In this document: positions 1-9,069 of the stretch, one piece after another
Layout: every line of letters begins with the position of its first letter
Numbering within the stretch: the first letter of the stretch is position 1
Source: Minisyncoccota bacterium
Lineage (GTDB): Bacteria; Patescibacteriota; Minisyncoccia; Minisyncoccales; GWA2-38-27
Direction: 5' to 3'
DNA length: 64,000 nucleotides
Assembly: GCA_028687715.1 (NCBI GenBank)
Contig: JAQTZP010000004.1
Location: forward strand, 25,751 to 89,750
Position numbers and translations under genes: made by a program
The notes under the pieces: generated by a model
Told to the model about the DNA's origin: nothing
The model's input: only the letters and a program-made list of their open reading frames with translations
The model's database searches: none

Positions 1-343
1 ATATCTTTTTGGACATAATCAGATTTTAAAAGCCTCATCCCGCAATTTATGTCATAGCCTATTGCTCCGGGAAAGATAACTCCGTCAGAAGATCTCATGG
101 CTCCGACAAAGCCAATAGGCACTCCGTATCCTTCATGTCCGTCAGGCATAACCAGGGAATATCTTTCTATTGACGGCAGACAAGCCGCATCAACCAACTG
201 CTTCAATGTTTTATCTTTTAACATTCCTTCAAGAACCTTTTCGCTGGCATAAATTCTGGCTGGAACTTTCATGCTGCTTTCAAAGCCTTGAGGAATCTCC
301 CAAATCAAATCATTTATTTTTCTTATATCTTTTTTAAAAATCA
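1..343 (-). CDS. rtcB: RNA-splicing ligase RtcB, N-terminal part (gene runs off the window start)
   Basis: The minus-strand translation of 1-343 (MIFKKDIRKINDLIWEIPQGFESSMKVPARIYASEKVLEGMLKDKTLKQLVDAACLPSIERYSLVMPDGHEGYGVPIGFVGAMRSSDGVIFPGAIGYDINCGMRLL) matches the conserved RtcB N-terminal region, including the HxGYG and GYDINCG motifs. The ATG at 341-343 overlaps the stop codon of the upstream gene as ATGA. Confidence 0.7.
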
Positions 344-1837
344 TGATTTAATTCTTCTAATTCTTTTCCTTGTAAATATATAAATAGAAGGCATCCTTTT
401 TCTCAAAGAATCCTTAAGCCAATTATTAAAAGAATCCCATCTTTTCATTAGGAAAATAAGAGTATTTTTAGGGAGATATTTCCATAAGATAATTCTATCC
501 ATAAGGGGCCATAATCTTTCATTTAGAGAATAAAGCCTGGTGAATAACTTAAAATAAAGAGATAAAAACAATACTTCTTTCTTGGAAAAATCAGGCTGAT
601 TTATAAATACATCTTCTTTATAATCTATCTTATCTGCTATAAAATGATTGTTCAGGCATATTTCATAAAGCTTTGTGAAAGGGTATGGAGTGAAAATGTT
701 TACCACCATTGAATCAGGCTTTATCTCGGCATTAAGCTTTATTGTCTCTAAAGTTTTAGCTGGGGTTTCTTTCGGCAAGCCGACGATATTGTAAGCCAGA
801 GTTTTAATTCCCAGCTTCCTGCAGTTATTAAAAGCCTCTTCAATCTGAATATTAGTCATATTTCTTGATAAAATATTCTTTCTAAGCTCTTCGTTGCCGG
901 TTTCAACGCCAAAATAAATCTGGTAGCACCCAGCTTCTTTTAAGAGATCTAATATCTTTAAATTAGCCAAATTAGGACGATGGTCGCAGGAAAAAGGAAG
1001 ATTTATCTCTTTTTTGTATGTATAGGAAAACTCTTCAAGCCACTTTTCTTTGATGCCAAAGATATTGTCTAAAAACCTAAAAGAAGAAATCCAAGGATTA
1101 ATGCTTAATAATTTCTTCAAATAAAGAACTGCGTTAATAGGGCTTCTAAACCGGGTGTAATGCTCTGGGTCAGGATAAACCTCTTTTATTTTATGATTAC
1201 AGCAGTAGGCGCAGTCATAAGGACAGCCCCTTGAAATCATTGTTGTTGCTACTTTAATCTGGGTAGAGATAAGTCTCATGTAGTCAAAAAGTTCAAAATC
1301 AGGGAAAGGAAGGCTGTCTAAGGGGAAAATAAGATTTCTTGGAGGGTTTTTAATAACTTGATTGTTTTTCTTAATTAAAAGATTGGAGATATTGTCAAAG
1401 CTCTGGCCGGTATTTAATGAATCAGCCAAATCAACAAAAGCTCCTTCGCCCTCTCCCACGCAGACAAAATCAGCTCCTTCTGCCGTTATGGATTCATCGG
1501 GACTAATACTGGGATGACAGCCTCCTAAGATAGTTATAGAAGAAGGGTTTGCTTCTTTGGTCCATTTTAGATAATCGCAAATATATAAAAAAGCGCTGGT
1601 TCTTGCTGTAAAGCCTACTATTTCTGGATTTATATCTTTTAACCTGCTTTTAAAATCTTCTTTTTTAATCGGCTCGGTTAAATGAATTAAAGAAACCCTA
1701 TGGCCTTTTTCTTTTAAAACAGAGGACAAGGAAGCCAGACCCTCTGAATACCATCCCCCTTTGACAACATTAAATTTATTAGACCCTGGAGATCTGCGGC
1801 TTATTACAAAATCCGGGTAAACTAAAGCAATATTCAT
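341..1837 (-). CDS. B12-binding (class B) radical SAM protein
   Basis: The N-terminus resembles a cobalamin-binding domain. The central CPYDCAYC segment is a CxxxCxxC radical SAM cluster motif followed by a TIM-barrel-like region. The same architecture recurs at 4463..6001 and 57665..59245. Confidence 0.75.
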   Translation of the reverse strand: MNIALVYPDFVISRRSPGSNKFNVVKGGWYSEGLASLSSVLKEKGHRVSLIHLTEPIKKEDFKSRLKDINPEIVGFTARTSAFLYICDYLKWTKEANPSSITILGGCHPSISPDESITAEGADFVCVGEGEGAFVDLADSLNTGQSFDNISNLLIKKNNQVIKNPPRNLIFPLDSLPFPDFELFDYMRLISTQIKVATTMISRGCPYDCAYCCNHKIKEVYPDPEHYTRFRSPINAVLYLKKLLSINPWISSFRFLDNIFGIKEKWLEEFSYTYKKEINLPFSCDHRPNLANLKILDLLKEAGCYQIYFGVETGNEELRKNILSRNMTNIQIEEAFNNCRKLGIKTLAYNIVGLPKETPAKTLETIKLNAEIKPDSMVVNIFTPYPFTKLYEICLNNHFIADKIDYKEDVFINQPDFSKKEVLFLSLYFKLFTRLYSLNERLWPLMDRIILWKYLPKNTLIFLMKRWDSFNNWLKDSLRKRMPSIYIFTRKRIRRIKS

Positions 1838-3156
1838 ATATTCATCTTCTTAATTTTATCAAACTCCTCTTTGACCACCTTTCTATCATCCCAGGGAATC
1901 TTCTTTCCTTTCTCAACGCACATCCAGGGTTCTGACCCTTTGCCTGTTATTATAACAACATCATCTTGTCGGGCCATTTCCAAAGCCTTTCTAATAGCTT
2001 CTCTTCTGTCTAAAATCTCGCAGAAGTCTGACTTTTTGAAATCAGATTCTAAAATTCCTGATTTTACCATTGATAATATCTCATAATGGTTCTCATCGTA
2101 AGGGTCCTCATTGGTAAGAATTATCTTTTTGCAATGATTAGCAGCGATTTTCCCCATAACCGGTCTTTTCCACTTATCCCGGCCTCCTCCGCAGGCTCCT
2201 AAAACGCAGATAAGATTTGACTGATAAGGCTTTCTATCAAGAACAGAGATATCAGACGAGTAGCTCGTCAGAGTTTCATAGACCTTTAAGAGGCTGTCCG
2301 GAGTATGAGCATAATCAACAATTACGCTGAACGGCTCTTTTACAACAACCTCCATTCTTCCTTTGATTCCCTTTATCTTTTCCAAGCCCCTCTTTATAGT
2401 CTCATAAGATATTCCATAAGATAAAGCTGTAGAGATTGCAGCTAAAGCGTTTAAAGCATTAAAAGCTCCTAAGAGGTTCATATTGAACTCAATTCCGTTT
2501 ACCTTAAAACTGATTTTATCAGGATAAGTCTTTAAATCCTCAGCTTTTATAAAGTCATTGCCTCCGAGCTCAAGCTTCCAATCTTTTATTCCGTATAATA
2601 TCTTTTTATCAGCTGGAACTTCTAAAAAGTATTCTGTATCTTTTTCATCAGAATTTATTATATGGATATTTCTTGTTATTTTAAAAAGCTCTAATTTAGC
2701 TTTGCGGTATTTCTCATAGCTTCCGTGAGATTCAATATGTTCTGGCGATAAATTGGTTAAAACAGCGGCATCGAAATTAATAAACTTGTGGCGGTACTGC
2801 TTTATGCCTTCTGAAGTCGTCTCTAAAATAAAATACTGGCATCCCTCGTTTAAAGCCTGTTTTAAAAACTTCTGAATTTTCATCCTTCCAGGCATTGTCA
2901 TCTTTAATCTATTCTGCCACTCTTTATCTTTTATCTTGAACCTGACCGAAGAGATAGACCCTGTCTTATACCCTGCTTCTTCAAAAATACTTACTATCAT
3001 ATCAACAACGCTTGATTTCCCTTTGGTTCCGGTAACAGCTATTACCTTTAATCTTTTGGAAGGAAAACCATAAAACAAGGCTCCTGTAAAAGCCAAAAAG
3101 TAATGGTAAGAATTTAAAACAAATAAAGGTGTAATTTTTCTGATTAATTCTTTCAT
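1834..3156 (-). CDS. Mur ligase family protein, MurE-like (UDP-MurNAc-tripeptide synthetase-like) lacking the canonical N-terminal domain
   Basis: P-loop VTGTKGKSS; VIVDYAHTPDSL (MurE-type DYAHTPDAL motif); C-terminal ITGKGSE region. The N-terminus begins with a hydrophobic segment instead of the usual MurE N-domain. Confidence 0.55.
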   Translation of the reverse strand: MKELIRKITPLFVLNSYHYFLAFTGALFYGFPSKRLKVIAVTGTKGKSSVVDMIVSIFEEAGYKTGSISSVRFKIKDKEWQNRLKMTMPGRMKIQKFLKQALNEGCQYFILETTSEGIKQYRHKFINFDAAVLTNLSPEHIESHGSYEKYRKAKLELFKITRNIHIINSDEKDTEYFLEVPADKKILYGIKDWKLELGGNDFIKAEDLKTYPDKISFKVNGIEFNMNLLGAFNALNALAAISTALSYGISYETIKRGLEKIKGIKGRMEVVVKEPFSVIVDYAHTPDSLLKVYETLTSYSSDISVLDRKPYQSNLICVLGACGGGRDKWKRPVMGKIAANHCKKIILTNEDPYDENHYEILSMVKSGILESDFKKSDFCEILDRREAIRKALEMARQDDVVIITGKGSEPWMCVEKGKKIPWDDRKVVKEEFDKIKKMNI

Positions 3157-3191
3157 TATTCTACTTTTAACTTAACACAGAGTCTGAAATT

Positions 3192-3220
3192 AGAAAAGAA
3201 AAAGCTCTCGTGTGAGAGCC
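3192..3220 (-). terminator. Rho-independent terminator downstream of the 3229..3660 gene
   Basis: Hairpin GCTCTC-GTGT-GAGAGC at 3204-3219, preceded on the plus strand by an A-run (a T-run on the transcribed minus strand). Confidence 0.5.
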
Positions 3221-3228
3221 TTATTGTT

Positions 3229-3660
3229 TTAAGAGATTTTTAAAACTGCCTCTTTGATGCCGCAGGCCAGCGCTTCTACGCCCGCCCTTACGCTGTCAGT
3301 AGAAACTCCAATACTTGTCCATTTGTTCTTCCCGTCGGAAAAAACAGCTAAAACTTCTACTTTGGCGTCTGTGCCGATTCTCCCATTGGATATTTTGACC
3401 TGATAGTCAATAAGTTCTATTGTTTTTAAGCTCGGATAAACCGGTTCTAAAGCCTTTCTTATGGCAACATCAGCTGCATTTATAGGGCCGTTTCCTTCGG
3501 CTACGGTATGAATTAGTCTTTCTCCGACTCTTATTTTAAAAATAGCTTCTGATAAAGGCTCTTCTTCAATATCTTCATCTTTTATAGTGATTATGAATCC
3601 TGAAATCTTAAAAGGCAGATTATTATCTCTTTCTTCTTCCATCTTCTGTCTCCATATCAA
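3229..3660 (-). CDS. Stand-alone LeuA allosteric/dimerisation (LeuA_dimer)-like domain protein
   Basis: GNGPINAADVAIRKAL and IELIDYQVKISNGRIGTDAKVEVLAVFSDGKNKWTSIGVSTDSVRAGVEALACGIKEAV align by eye with the C-terminal regulatory domain of 2-isopropylmalate/citramalate synthases. No catalytic TIM barrel is present. Confidence 0.45.
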   Translation of the reverse strand: MIWRQKMEEERDNNLPFKISGFIITIKDEDIEEEPLSEAIFKIRVGERLIHTVAEGNGPINAADVAIRKALEPVYPSLKTIELIDYQVKISNGRIGTDAKVEVLAVFSDGKNKWTSIGVSTDSVRAGVEALACGIKEAVLKIS

Positions 3661-3821
3661 AGTGAAAGGAACAAAAAACCTCTTTTGAGGAAGAGGTCTC
3701 TTAAAACTATTTGAAATTTTAAACTACCTCTTCTTCAAAAGAAGCCTGATAATAATTATTTGGTTGATTAAAACTATATTCATTATAAAATATTAATAGA
3801 ACTATATAATTTGTGCCAAAC

Positions 3822-4382
3822 TTAACTGCCTAAAATCTTTAATGCTTCTTTTATCTTCTCATCAAGGTCTTCTATATCTTTTGGAATCCTATCTAGGGCA
3901 TCTTTGACTCTTGCCCTGGAAAAGCCCAGTCCGATTAAAGCATCTTCAGCTTCATCTCTTTTTTCTTCTTTTTTGGAAAATGACTTAATCCTTCCTGAAA
4001 GCTCCAGGATAATTGCCATCGCTTTCTTTTTGCCTATGCCCGGGATTCCGTAGAATAATCCTTCGTCTTGAGACAGAATCTTTTCTTTAATTTTATCCAA
4101 AGGACCTAAAGAAGAAATCTCAAGAGCCGCCTTGGGGCCTATACCTCTAATTTGCTCCAATATTTCAAAAAGCTCAAGTTCATCCTGAGTTAAAAATCCA
4201 TAAAGCTCTATTCCGTTTTCCCTTACATTGAGAAAACAAAAAACCTTAATCTCTTTATCGCTTATGGACGCTTGAGAGATTGACTTGCGTGATAAAAAAA
4301 CCTTATAGCCTATTCCGTTTGATTCTAAAACAATAAACTTCTCCTTTTTCAATACTATTTTTCCAGATATAGAATAAATCAT
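3822..4382 (-). CDS. ruvA: Holliday junction branch-migration protein RuvA
   Basis: MIYSISGKI N-terminus, helix-hairpin-helix motifs (IRGIGPKAALEI, GIPGIGKKKAMAII) and a C-terminal RuvB-interaction region. Confidence 0.85.
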   Translation of the reverse strand: MIYSISGKIVLKKEKFIVLESNGIGYKVFLSRKSISQASISDKEIKVFCFLNVRENGIELYGFLTQDELELFEILEQIRGIGPKAALEISSLGPLDKIKEKILSQDEGLFYGIPGIGKKKAMAIILELSGRIKSFSKKEEKRDEAEDALIGLGFSRARVKDALDRIPKDIEDLDEKIKEALKILGS

Positions 4383-4462
4383 AATTGATTTGCCTATGGC
4401 TATTATATCTCTTTTAGAAATAAATCACAAAAAAAGACGAGACAATGCTCGCCCTTTGAGTA

Positions 4463-6001
4463 TCAACTCAGCTTTTTCTGCTGGTATTCTTCTAACTTTC
4501 CCATAAAATCGCTCTTTCTAAATCTTTCAATCCATTTCTTAATAAGTCCGTAAGCTTCATAGCACAATTTTTCTCTTATCAGGCTTTTAACAGAAAGCTC
4601 TTTGCCTCTTAGGAAAAAATCAATAGGGAAAATAATAAAAGTTCTAAAAAGAAAGTGTAAAAGACGAAAAGGACGCCAGTAAAACCATCTCATAATTTTA
4701 GCAGGAATGCCCTGAAGCTCTCTAGTTGTCATGCCATCGGGGATAAAACAAACATAATTTCCGTCGTAATATCTCCAAGGGACAATATCCTGGGGGAAAA
4801 TCCTGGCTTGAGCTTCAAGCCTTTTCCTTAAATCCGTTCCTGCGCCAGGTCCCGGTAAAAGCACCTGAATGCTGTTGGGACGAGCCCTGCGGATAAACTT
4901 TTTAAAACGCTTAACTATTTCTTTTGGACTAAGCTCGCATTTCTTTCCTTTTAAAGGATATCCAGCTATAAACATCAGATGAACCCAGAAGTATCTCTTT
5001 ATCATCGCAACCCATTCAACCATCTTAGAAGAAAGGTACCCTTTCCTCATAGATTTCAAGTCTTCGTCAATCGGAGATTCAGCGCCGATACTGACAAACC
5101 TTACACCTGCCTTTTTCATTGCCTCTAAAAGCCTGTTATTTTCAGCTGCCTCCAAGCGTATCTGAACTTGAAAATTAAAAGAATCTCCATATTCCTTGGA
5201 AATCATTTCAAAGAATTCTAAGGTACCTTTTAAATCTTCTTCTAGGCGATCATCTACAATAAAGAAGTTCTTTGCCCTCCTTGTATCATTAAGCCATTGG
5301 ACTATATTGAAGAGATGCCTGCTCGTAGAGAAGCGTGGCTCGCCCTTTACGCTGCAGAATTCGCAGTTTCGGCTGCATCCCCTGATTCTGCTGATAGGAT
5401 ATACTTTTATCCTAGCGTATCTGACAAGATTAAAATCCGGATAAGGAAGTAAACCTATGTCAGAAACCTTATTCTCCTTAAAATAGGTAGTAGTCATTTT
5501 TTGGTCCTGGATAAAAGAAATGCCCCCAACAAGACTTAACAGTTCTTTATTGAGTAAAACAGGAAGAATTTGAGCTATGGCCTCTTCGCCGTCGCCATGG
5601 ACAACTATATCAACATTATGACTTAATGTTTCTTCCGGCAGATAATGAGCGTGCCAGCCGCCGGCAATTGTCGGTACCTTCATTCTTTTATACAATCCTG
5701 CTAATTCCCAAACTCTTTCAATAGTACTGCTTAATCCAGTGTAAAAACCAACAGCTTGAGCCGGGTTTTCTCTTTGCAAAACCTCATGATCTGGCAGTCC
5801 TTGGACATTCCTCGGACCGCGGTAGTTATTCTCATCAATTACTTCTGCCCGCCAGCCCCAAACTTTATTGGCGCAAGTTGCAACCATTACAGGCCCCAAA
5901 GCAGTTGTTTTTTTAGCCATCCGAGTAAATACATTAACTTCTGGAAAAGCTGGAATTATTAGTCTGAACAATCTTAAACTCTCATTGAGATCAGCTGTCA
6001 T
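4463..6001 (-). CDS. B12-binding (class B) radical SAM protein
   Basis: CSRNCEFC is a CxxxCxxC motif, with an N-terminal B12-binding-like domain. By eye this gene is GC-richer than its neighbours. Confidence 0.75.
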   Translation of the reverse strand: MTADLNESLRLFRLIIPAFPEVNVFTRMAKKTTALGPVMVATCANKVWGWRAEVIDENNYRGPRNVQGLPDHEVLQRENPAQAVGFYTGLSSTIERVWELAGLYKRMKVPTIAGGWHAHYLPEETLSHNVDIVVHGDGEEAIAQILPVLLNKELLSLVGGISFIQDQKMTTTYFKENKVSDIGLLPYPDFNLVRYARIKVYPISRIRGCSRNCEFCSVKGEPRFSTSRHLFNIVQWLNDTRRAKNFFIVDDRLEEDLKGTLEFFEMISKEYGDSFNFQVQIRLEAAENNRLLEAMKKAGVRFVSIGAESPIDEDLKSMRKGYLSSKMVEWVAMIKRYFWVHLMFIAGYPLKGKKCELSPKEIVKRFKKFIRRARPNSIQVLLPGPGAGTDLRKRLEAQARIFPQDIVPWRYYDGNYVCFIPDGMTTRELQGIPAKIMRWFYWRPFRLLHFLFRTFIIFPIDFFLRGKELSVKSLIREKLCYEAYGLIKKWIERFRKSDFMGKLEEYQQKKLS

Positions 6002-6135
6002 TTCTCTCTCTCCTTATGCTTGAGTCAAAGAACATAAAAAGGAGCTATTTTCATATTGACTTATTTTTTTAATTATGGCAATAATACTCTATTGCTCTTT
6101 GCTTTTGCCCCAGCTATTTTAAAAGGGAGAACTAA

Positions 6136-6447
6136 GTGCGCCAGTCTTTTGAAAGCCTTAAAGAAGAGTTTTTAAACTCCAGCCCTGATAACCCTGAAAG
6201 AAAGCAAATTCTATCAAGACTTGCAAAATCAGCCCATACTTTCAAGCAGCATATGTATGTATTCTATAAGTTCGGAATAAAAACCGAAGAAGGAAAGACC
6301 GCTTTGGCGAATATGGCCCGTCTTGCCCACGGCTTCTATGAATGGAGAAGAGTATACTTTGCTGCTCCCATAAACAGCCATTTGGGGGAAGCTGCTTATC
6401 AGCAGATACTGAAACTTAGAAAAAAGAGAAAACTGGTAAGGCAATAA
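6136..6447 (+). CDS. Hypothetical protein (GTG start, strong RBS)
   Basis: AAGGGAG Shine-Dalgarno 7 nt upstream of the GTG start; a terminator hairpin follows at 6455-6487. No recognisable domain. Confidence 0.4.
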   Translation: MRQSFESLKEEFLNSSPDNPERKQILSRLAKSAHTFKQHMYVFYKFGIKTEEGKTALANMARLAHGFYEWRRVYFAAPINSHLGEAAYQQILKLRKKRKLVRQ

Positions 6448-6454
6448 TATCAGG

Positions 6455-6487
6455 CTAAATCGCTAAGGCGGTTTAGCTCTTTTTATT
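6455..6487 (+). terminator. Rho-independent terminator
   Basis: GCTAAA...TTTAGC stem followed by TCTTTTTATTT. Confidence 0.5.
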
Positions 6488-6543
6488 TAATAGAATAATA
6501 AAATATTTACAAAAGATTATTTATCTGCTAAACTCTTAATATT

Positions 6544-6807
6544 ATGCCTATAACAAAATCAGCGAAAAAGGCTCTCCGTCAGAATACGAAACGAAGAGCA
6601 AGAAATATTGTTTATAAAAGCAATTTAAAAAAGCTTTTAAAGGAAGCGAGGTTTTTAGTTTCCCAGAATAAAATTCAAGAAGCGAAAAATCTTCTGCCTC
6701 AAGTTTATAAAATCCTGGATAAGTCAGCCAAGGTCGGGGTTATAAAGAAAAATACAGCTAAAAATAAGAGGTCAAAAATAGCAAGGCTAATAAATTCAAA
6801 ATCTTAA
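6544..6807 (+). CDS. rpsT: 30S ribosomal protein S20
   Basis: MPITKSAKKALRQNTKRRARN... is a typical S20 N-terminus; the protein is basic and 87 aa long. Confidence 0.85.
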   Translation: MPITKSAKKALRQNTKRRARNIVYKSNLKKLLKEARFLVSQNKIQEAKNLLPQVYKILDKSAKVGVIKKNTAKNKRSKIARLINSKS

Positions 6808-6821
6808 AAGAACTATTCTCT

Positions 6822-7781
6822 TTATATCTCTGATATCAGCATATCAAGAGCTGTTTCTGGATTAACTCTTCCGGTCTTAGCATTTAAATCTGCCTCAAAA
6901 ATCTTTTGGTAGATTTTTTTTAATTCAGGAAAGCTGAATCTTTGAGACTGAAAATAACTCTTTTTCGCCACATAAGGATGAAGCTTTGTTTTTGAAAGAA
7001 TTATGTCATAAGGGCTGCGGTTTTCAACAAGCTCTTTGACCAGCAGAATATTGCGGAATTGATAATTTATCATTGACAGAAGATACAAAGGGGAATCGCC
7101 TTTATCCAAATGATTCTTTATTAATCTCAAAGCCTGCTTTTTGTTCTTCTCTGAAACAGCGTCAATGGTTTTAAATATATCAGCTTCTATTTTCGACCTT
7201 ACCATTAAATCTACATCTTCTGCGTTTACCTCTTTTAAATCGCAGAAAGCGGCTAATTTATGGATTTCACTGGCAAGCCTCCATAAATCATTGCCCGCGA
7301 GATTAATAATTCTCTCTAAAACCATATGGTTAATTTTTAACCCGTATCTTTCAAACTCCTTTATAACCCATAATCTAAGCTTTTGGCCCGACAAAGGAAC
7401 AAACTCCTGGCATTTGGCGCTCTTTTGAAGAAGTTTAAAAACTTTATCTTTTTTATCTATATCATTTTCTTCATATATTACTATTATGTCATCTGTTTCA
7501 ATAAACTTATCAGCCTGCTCTAAAAAAGAACTCTTAAACTTCTGGTCTTTTGAAGGATTTATTAAAACCAAAAGCTTCTTTTGCTTAAAAATAGAGATTT
7601 GTTTAATTTCATCAACCAAATTGTATAAATTTTCATTATAGTTCTCTGAAAAATCAAAATGCTTTAAGTTTAGCCCGCATTTGCAGCTTTTTTTATACCT
7701 GCTGATTATCTCTGTTAATTTCCTTTTCATTCGATATGTATCTTTTCCGTAAAGAAAATAAATCATAATAGTTTTTGGCAA
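6822..7781 (-). CDS. holA: DNA polymerase III delta subunit-like protein
   Basis: Length of about 320 aa and an N-terminal IYFLYGKDTY pattern typical of HolA clamp-loader delta subunits. Sequence similarity is weak. Confidence 0.5.
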   Translation of the reverse strand: MPKTIMIYFLYGKDTYRMKRKLTEIISRYKKSCKCGLNLKHFDFSENYNENLYNLVDEIKQISIFKQKKLLVLINPSKDQKFKSSFLEQADKFIETDDIIVIYEENDIDKKDKVFKLLQKSAKCQEFVPLSGQKLRLWVIKEFERYGLKINHMVLERIINLAGNDLWRLASEIHKLAAFCDLKEVNAEDVDLMVRSKIEADIFKTIDAVSEKNKKQALRLIKNHLDKGDSPLYLLSMINYQFRNILLVKELVENRSPYDIILSKTKLHPYVAKKSYFQSQRFSFPELKKIYQKIFEADLNAKTGRVNPETALDMLISEI

Positions 7782-8632
7782 TTAGGGCAGAAATGAGCGC
7801 TTCTGTTTTTAATTTTTATCCTTTCTATGGCAGCTCCGCAATAAAAGCACTTCTTATTTGTTCTCTGGTAGACTTTTCTTATTGGCCCGAACCCTCCTTC
7901 GTCTCCTGTAATTGTCCTATAATCGGAAATGCTGGTGCCTTTTGCCTTTACTGCTTTTTTTAAAATCTTTTTCAAAGATAAATAAATTCTTTTAAGCTCT
8001 TCTTGGGTTAATTTTGACGCATCCCTTAAAGGATGCACTCTTGCCTCCCATAGTATCTCATCGGAATAGATGTTGCCAATCCCGACAATAACTTTTTGAT
8101 CCATTAAAACTTCTTTAATCGCTCCTTTTCTTAAGCGTTTTTTAAAAACATTGAAATTAAAATCTTTATCCAACGGCTCCGGACCAAGGCTTTTAAATTC
8201 TTTTGAATCTGCCAATTCATTATTCTTCCATAACTGGACCTTGGCAAATTTTCTTAAATCAGAAAGAGCTATCATTTTTTTATTGTCTAAGAAAAAAATC
8301 AGATGAATATAGCTGTTTACTTTTTCGTTTAATCTGCTGTCTTCGGCCAGCCATCGGCCCTTCCTATTTTCCCATATTCCGTAAAGCAGATGACCGGTGA
8401 GCTTCTGATGAATCAAAAGAGAATAGTTATCTGATAGTTCAAAAATGATATTTTTTCCCCTGCGCCTTATTCCCTTTATTCTTCTGCCTTTTAATTCTTT
8501 TAAAAAAAGATTAAAGCTAATAGGTCTTTTAATTATTTTCCTGATATCGGTCCAGACATTAACAAAGGTCCTGTTGAGGACCTTGTTTTTTAAACCATTT
8601 ATAGTTGTTTCAACTTCAGGCAGCTCCGGCAT
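7763..8632 (-). CDS. mutM: Formamidopyrimidine-DNA glycosylase
   Basis: MPELPEVET N-terminus with the catalytic Pro2/Glu3, an H2TH region and a C-terminal zinc finger CxxC...CPNC. Confidence 0.85.
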   Translation of the reverse strand: MPELPEVETTINGLKNKVLNRTFVNVWTDIRKIIKRPISFNLFLKELKGRRIKGIRRRGKNIIFELSDNYSLLIHQKLTGHLLYGIWENRKGRWLAEDSRLNEKVNSYIHLIFFLDNKKMIALSDLRKFAKVQLWKNNELADSKEFKSLGPEPLDKDFNFNVFKKRLRKGAIKEVLMDQKVIVGIGNIYSDEILWEARVHPLRDASKLTQEELKRIYLSLKKILKKAVKAKGTSISDYRTITGDEGGFGPIRKVYQRTNKKCFYCGAAIERIKIKNRSAHFCPNCQKLL

Positions 8633-8639
8633 ATCTTGA

Positions 8640-9008
8640 TTACTTTATTACGCTTCTTATCTTCTCTATTATCTCGGGCGGAGTAGAATGGGCTTTTATT
8701 AAATAATCATCGGCTCCCATTTTCAATCCTCTTTCTATATCATCTTTTTGCCCGAGATTTGAAAGAATAATAACCGGAATACTTGAAAGACCGGGATCTT
8801 CTTTGATTTTAGCCAAGACTTCAAATCCGTCTATACCCGGAAGGATAAGGTCTAAAAGAATCAAATCAGGCTTTTCGTCTTTTACCGCTTTTACTCCTTT
8901 TTCTCCGTCCACCGCTTCTTTAATATCATAGCCTTCTTTTGAGAGTTTCTGGGAAATTAATTCCCTGAGAAATTTATCGTCTTCTATAATTAAGATTTTT
9001 TTAGCCAT
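8640..9008 (-). CDS. Response regulator, receiver domain only (CheY-like)
   Basis: ILIIEDD...DLILLDLILPGIDGF...IPVIILS...GADDYLIK carries the conserved receiver-domain residues. Confidence 0.8.
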   Translation of the reverse strand: MAKKILIIEDDKFLRELISQKLSKEGYDIKEAVDGEKGVKAVKDEKPDLILLDLILPGIDGFEVLAKIKEDPGLSSIPVIILSNLGQKDDIERGLKMGADDYLIKAHSTPPEIIEKIRSVIK

Positions 9009-9069
9009 ATTATTTTATTATTGATTTATATAATTTATTCTAACTTATTTTAAAAGGTCAGACAAGATA

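Noticed and set aside
1871-2086. 71-aa plus-strand ORF
   Set aside because: It lies fully inside the MurE-like gene on the opposite strand with no independent support.
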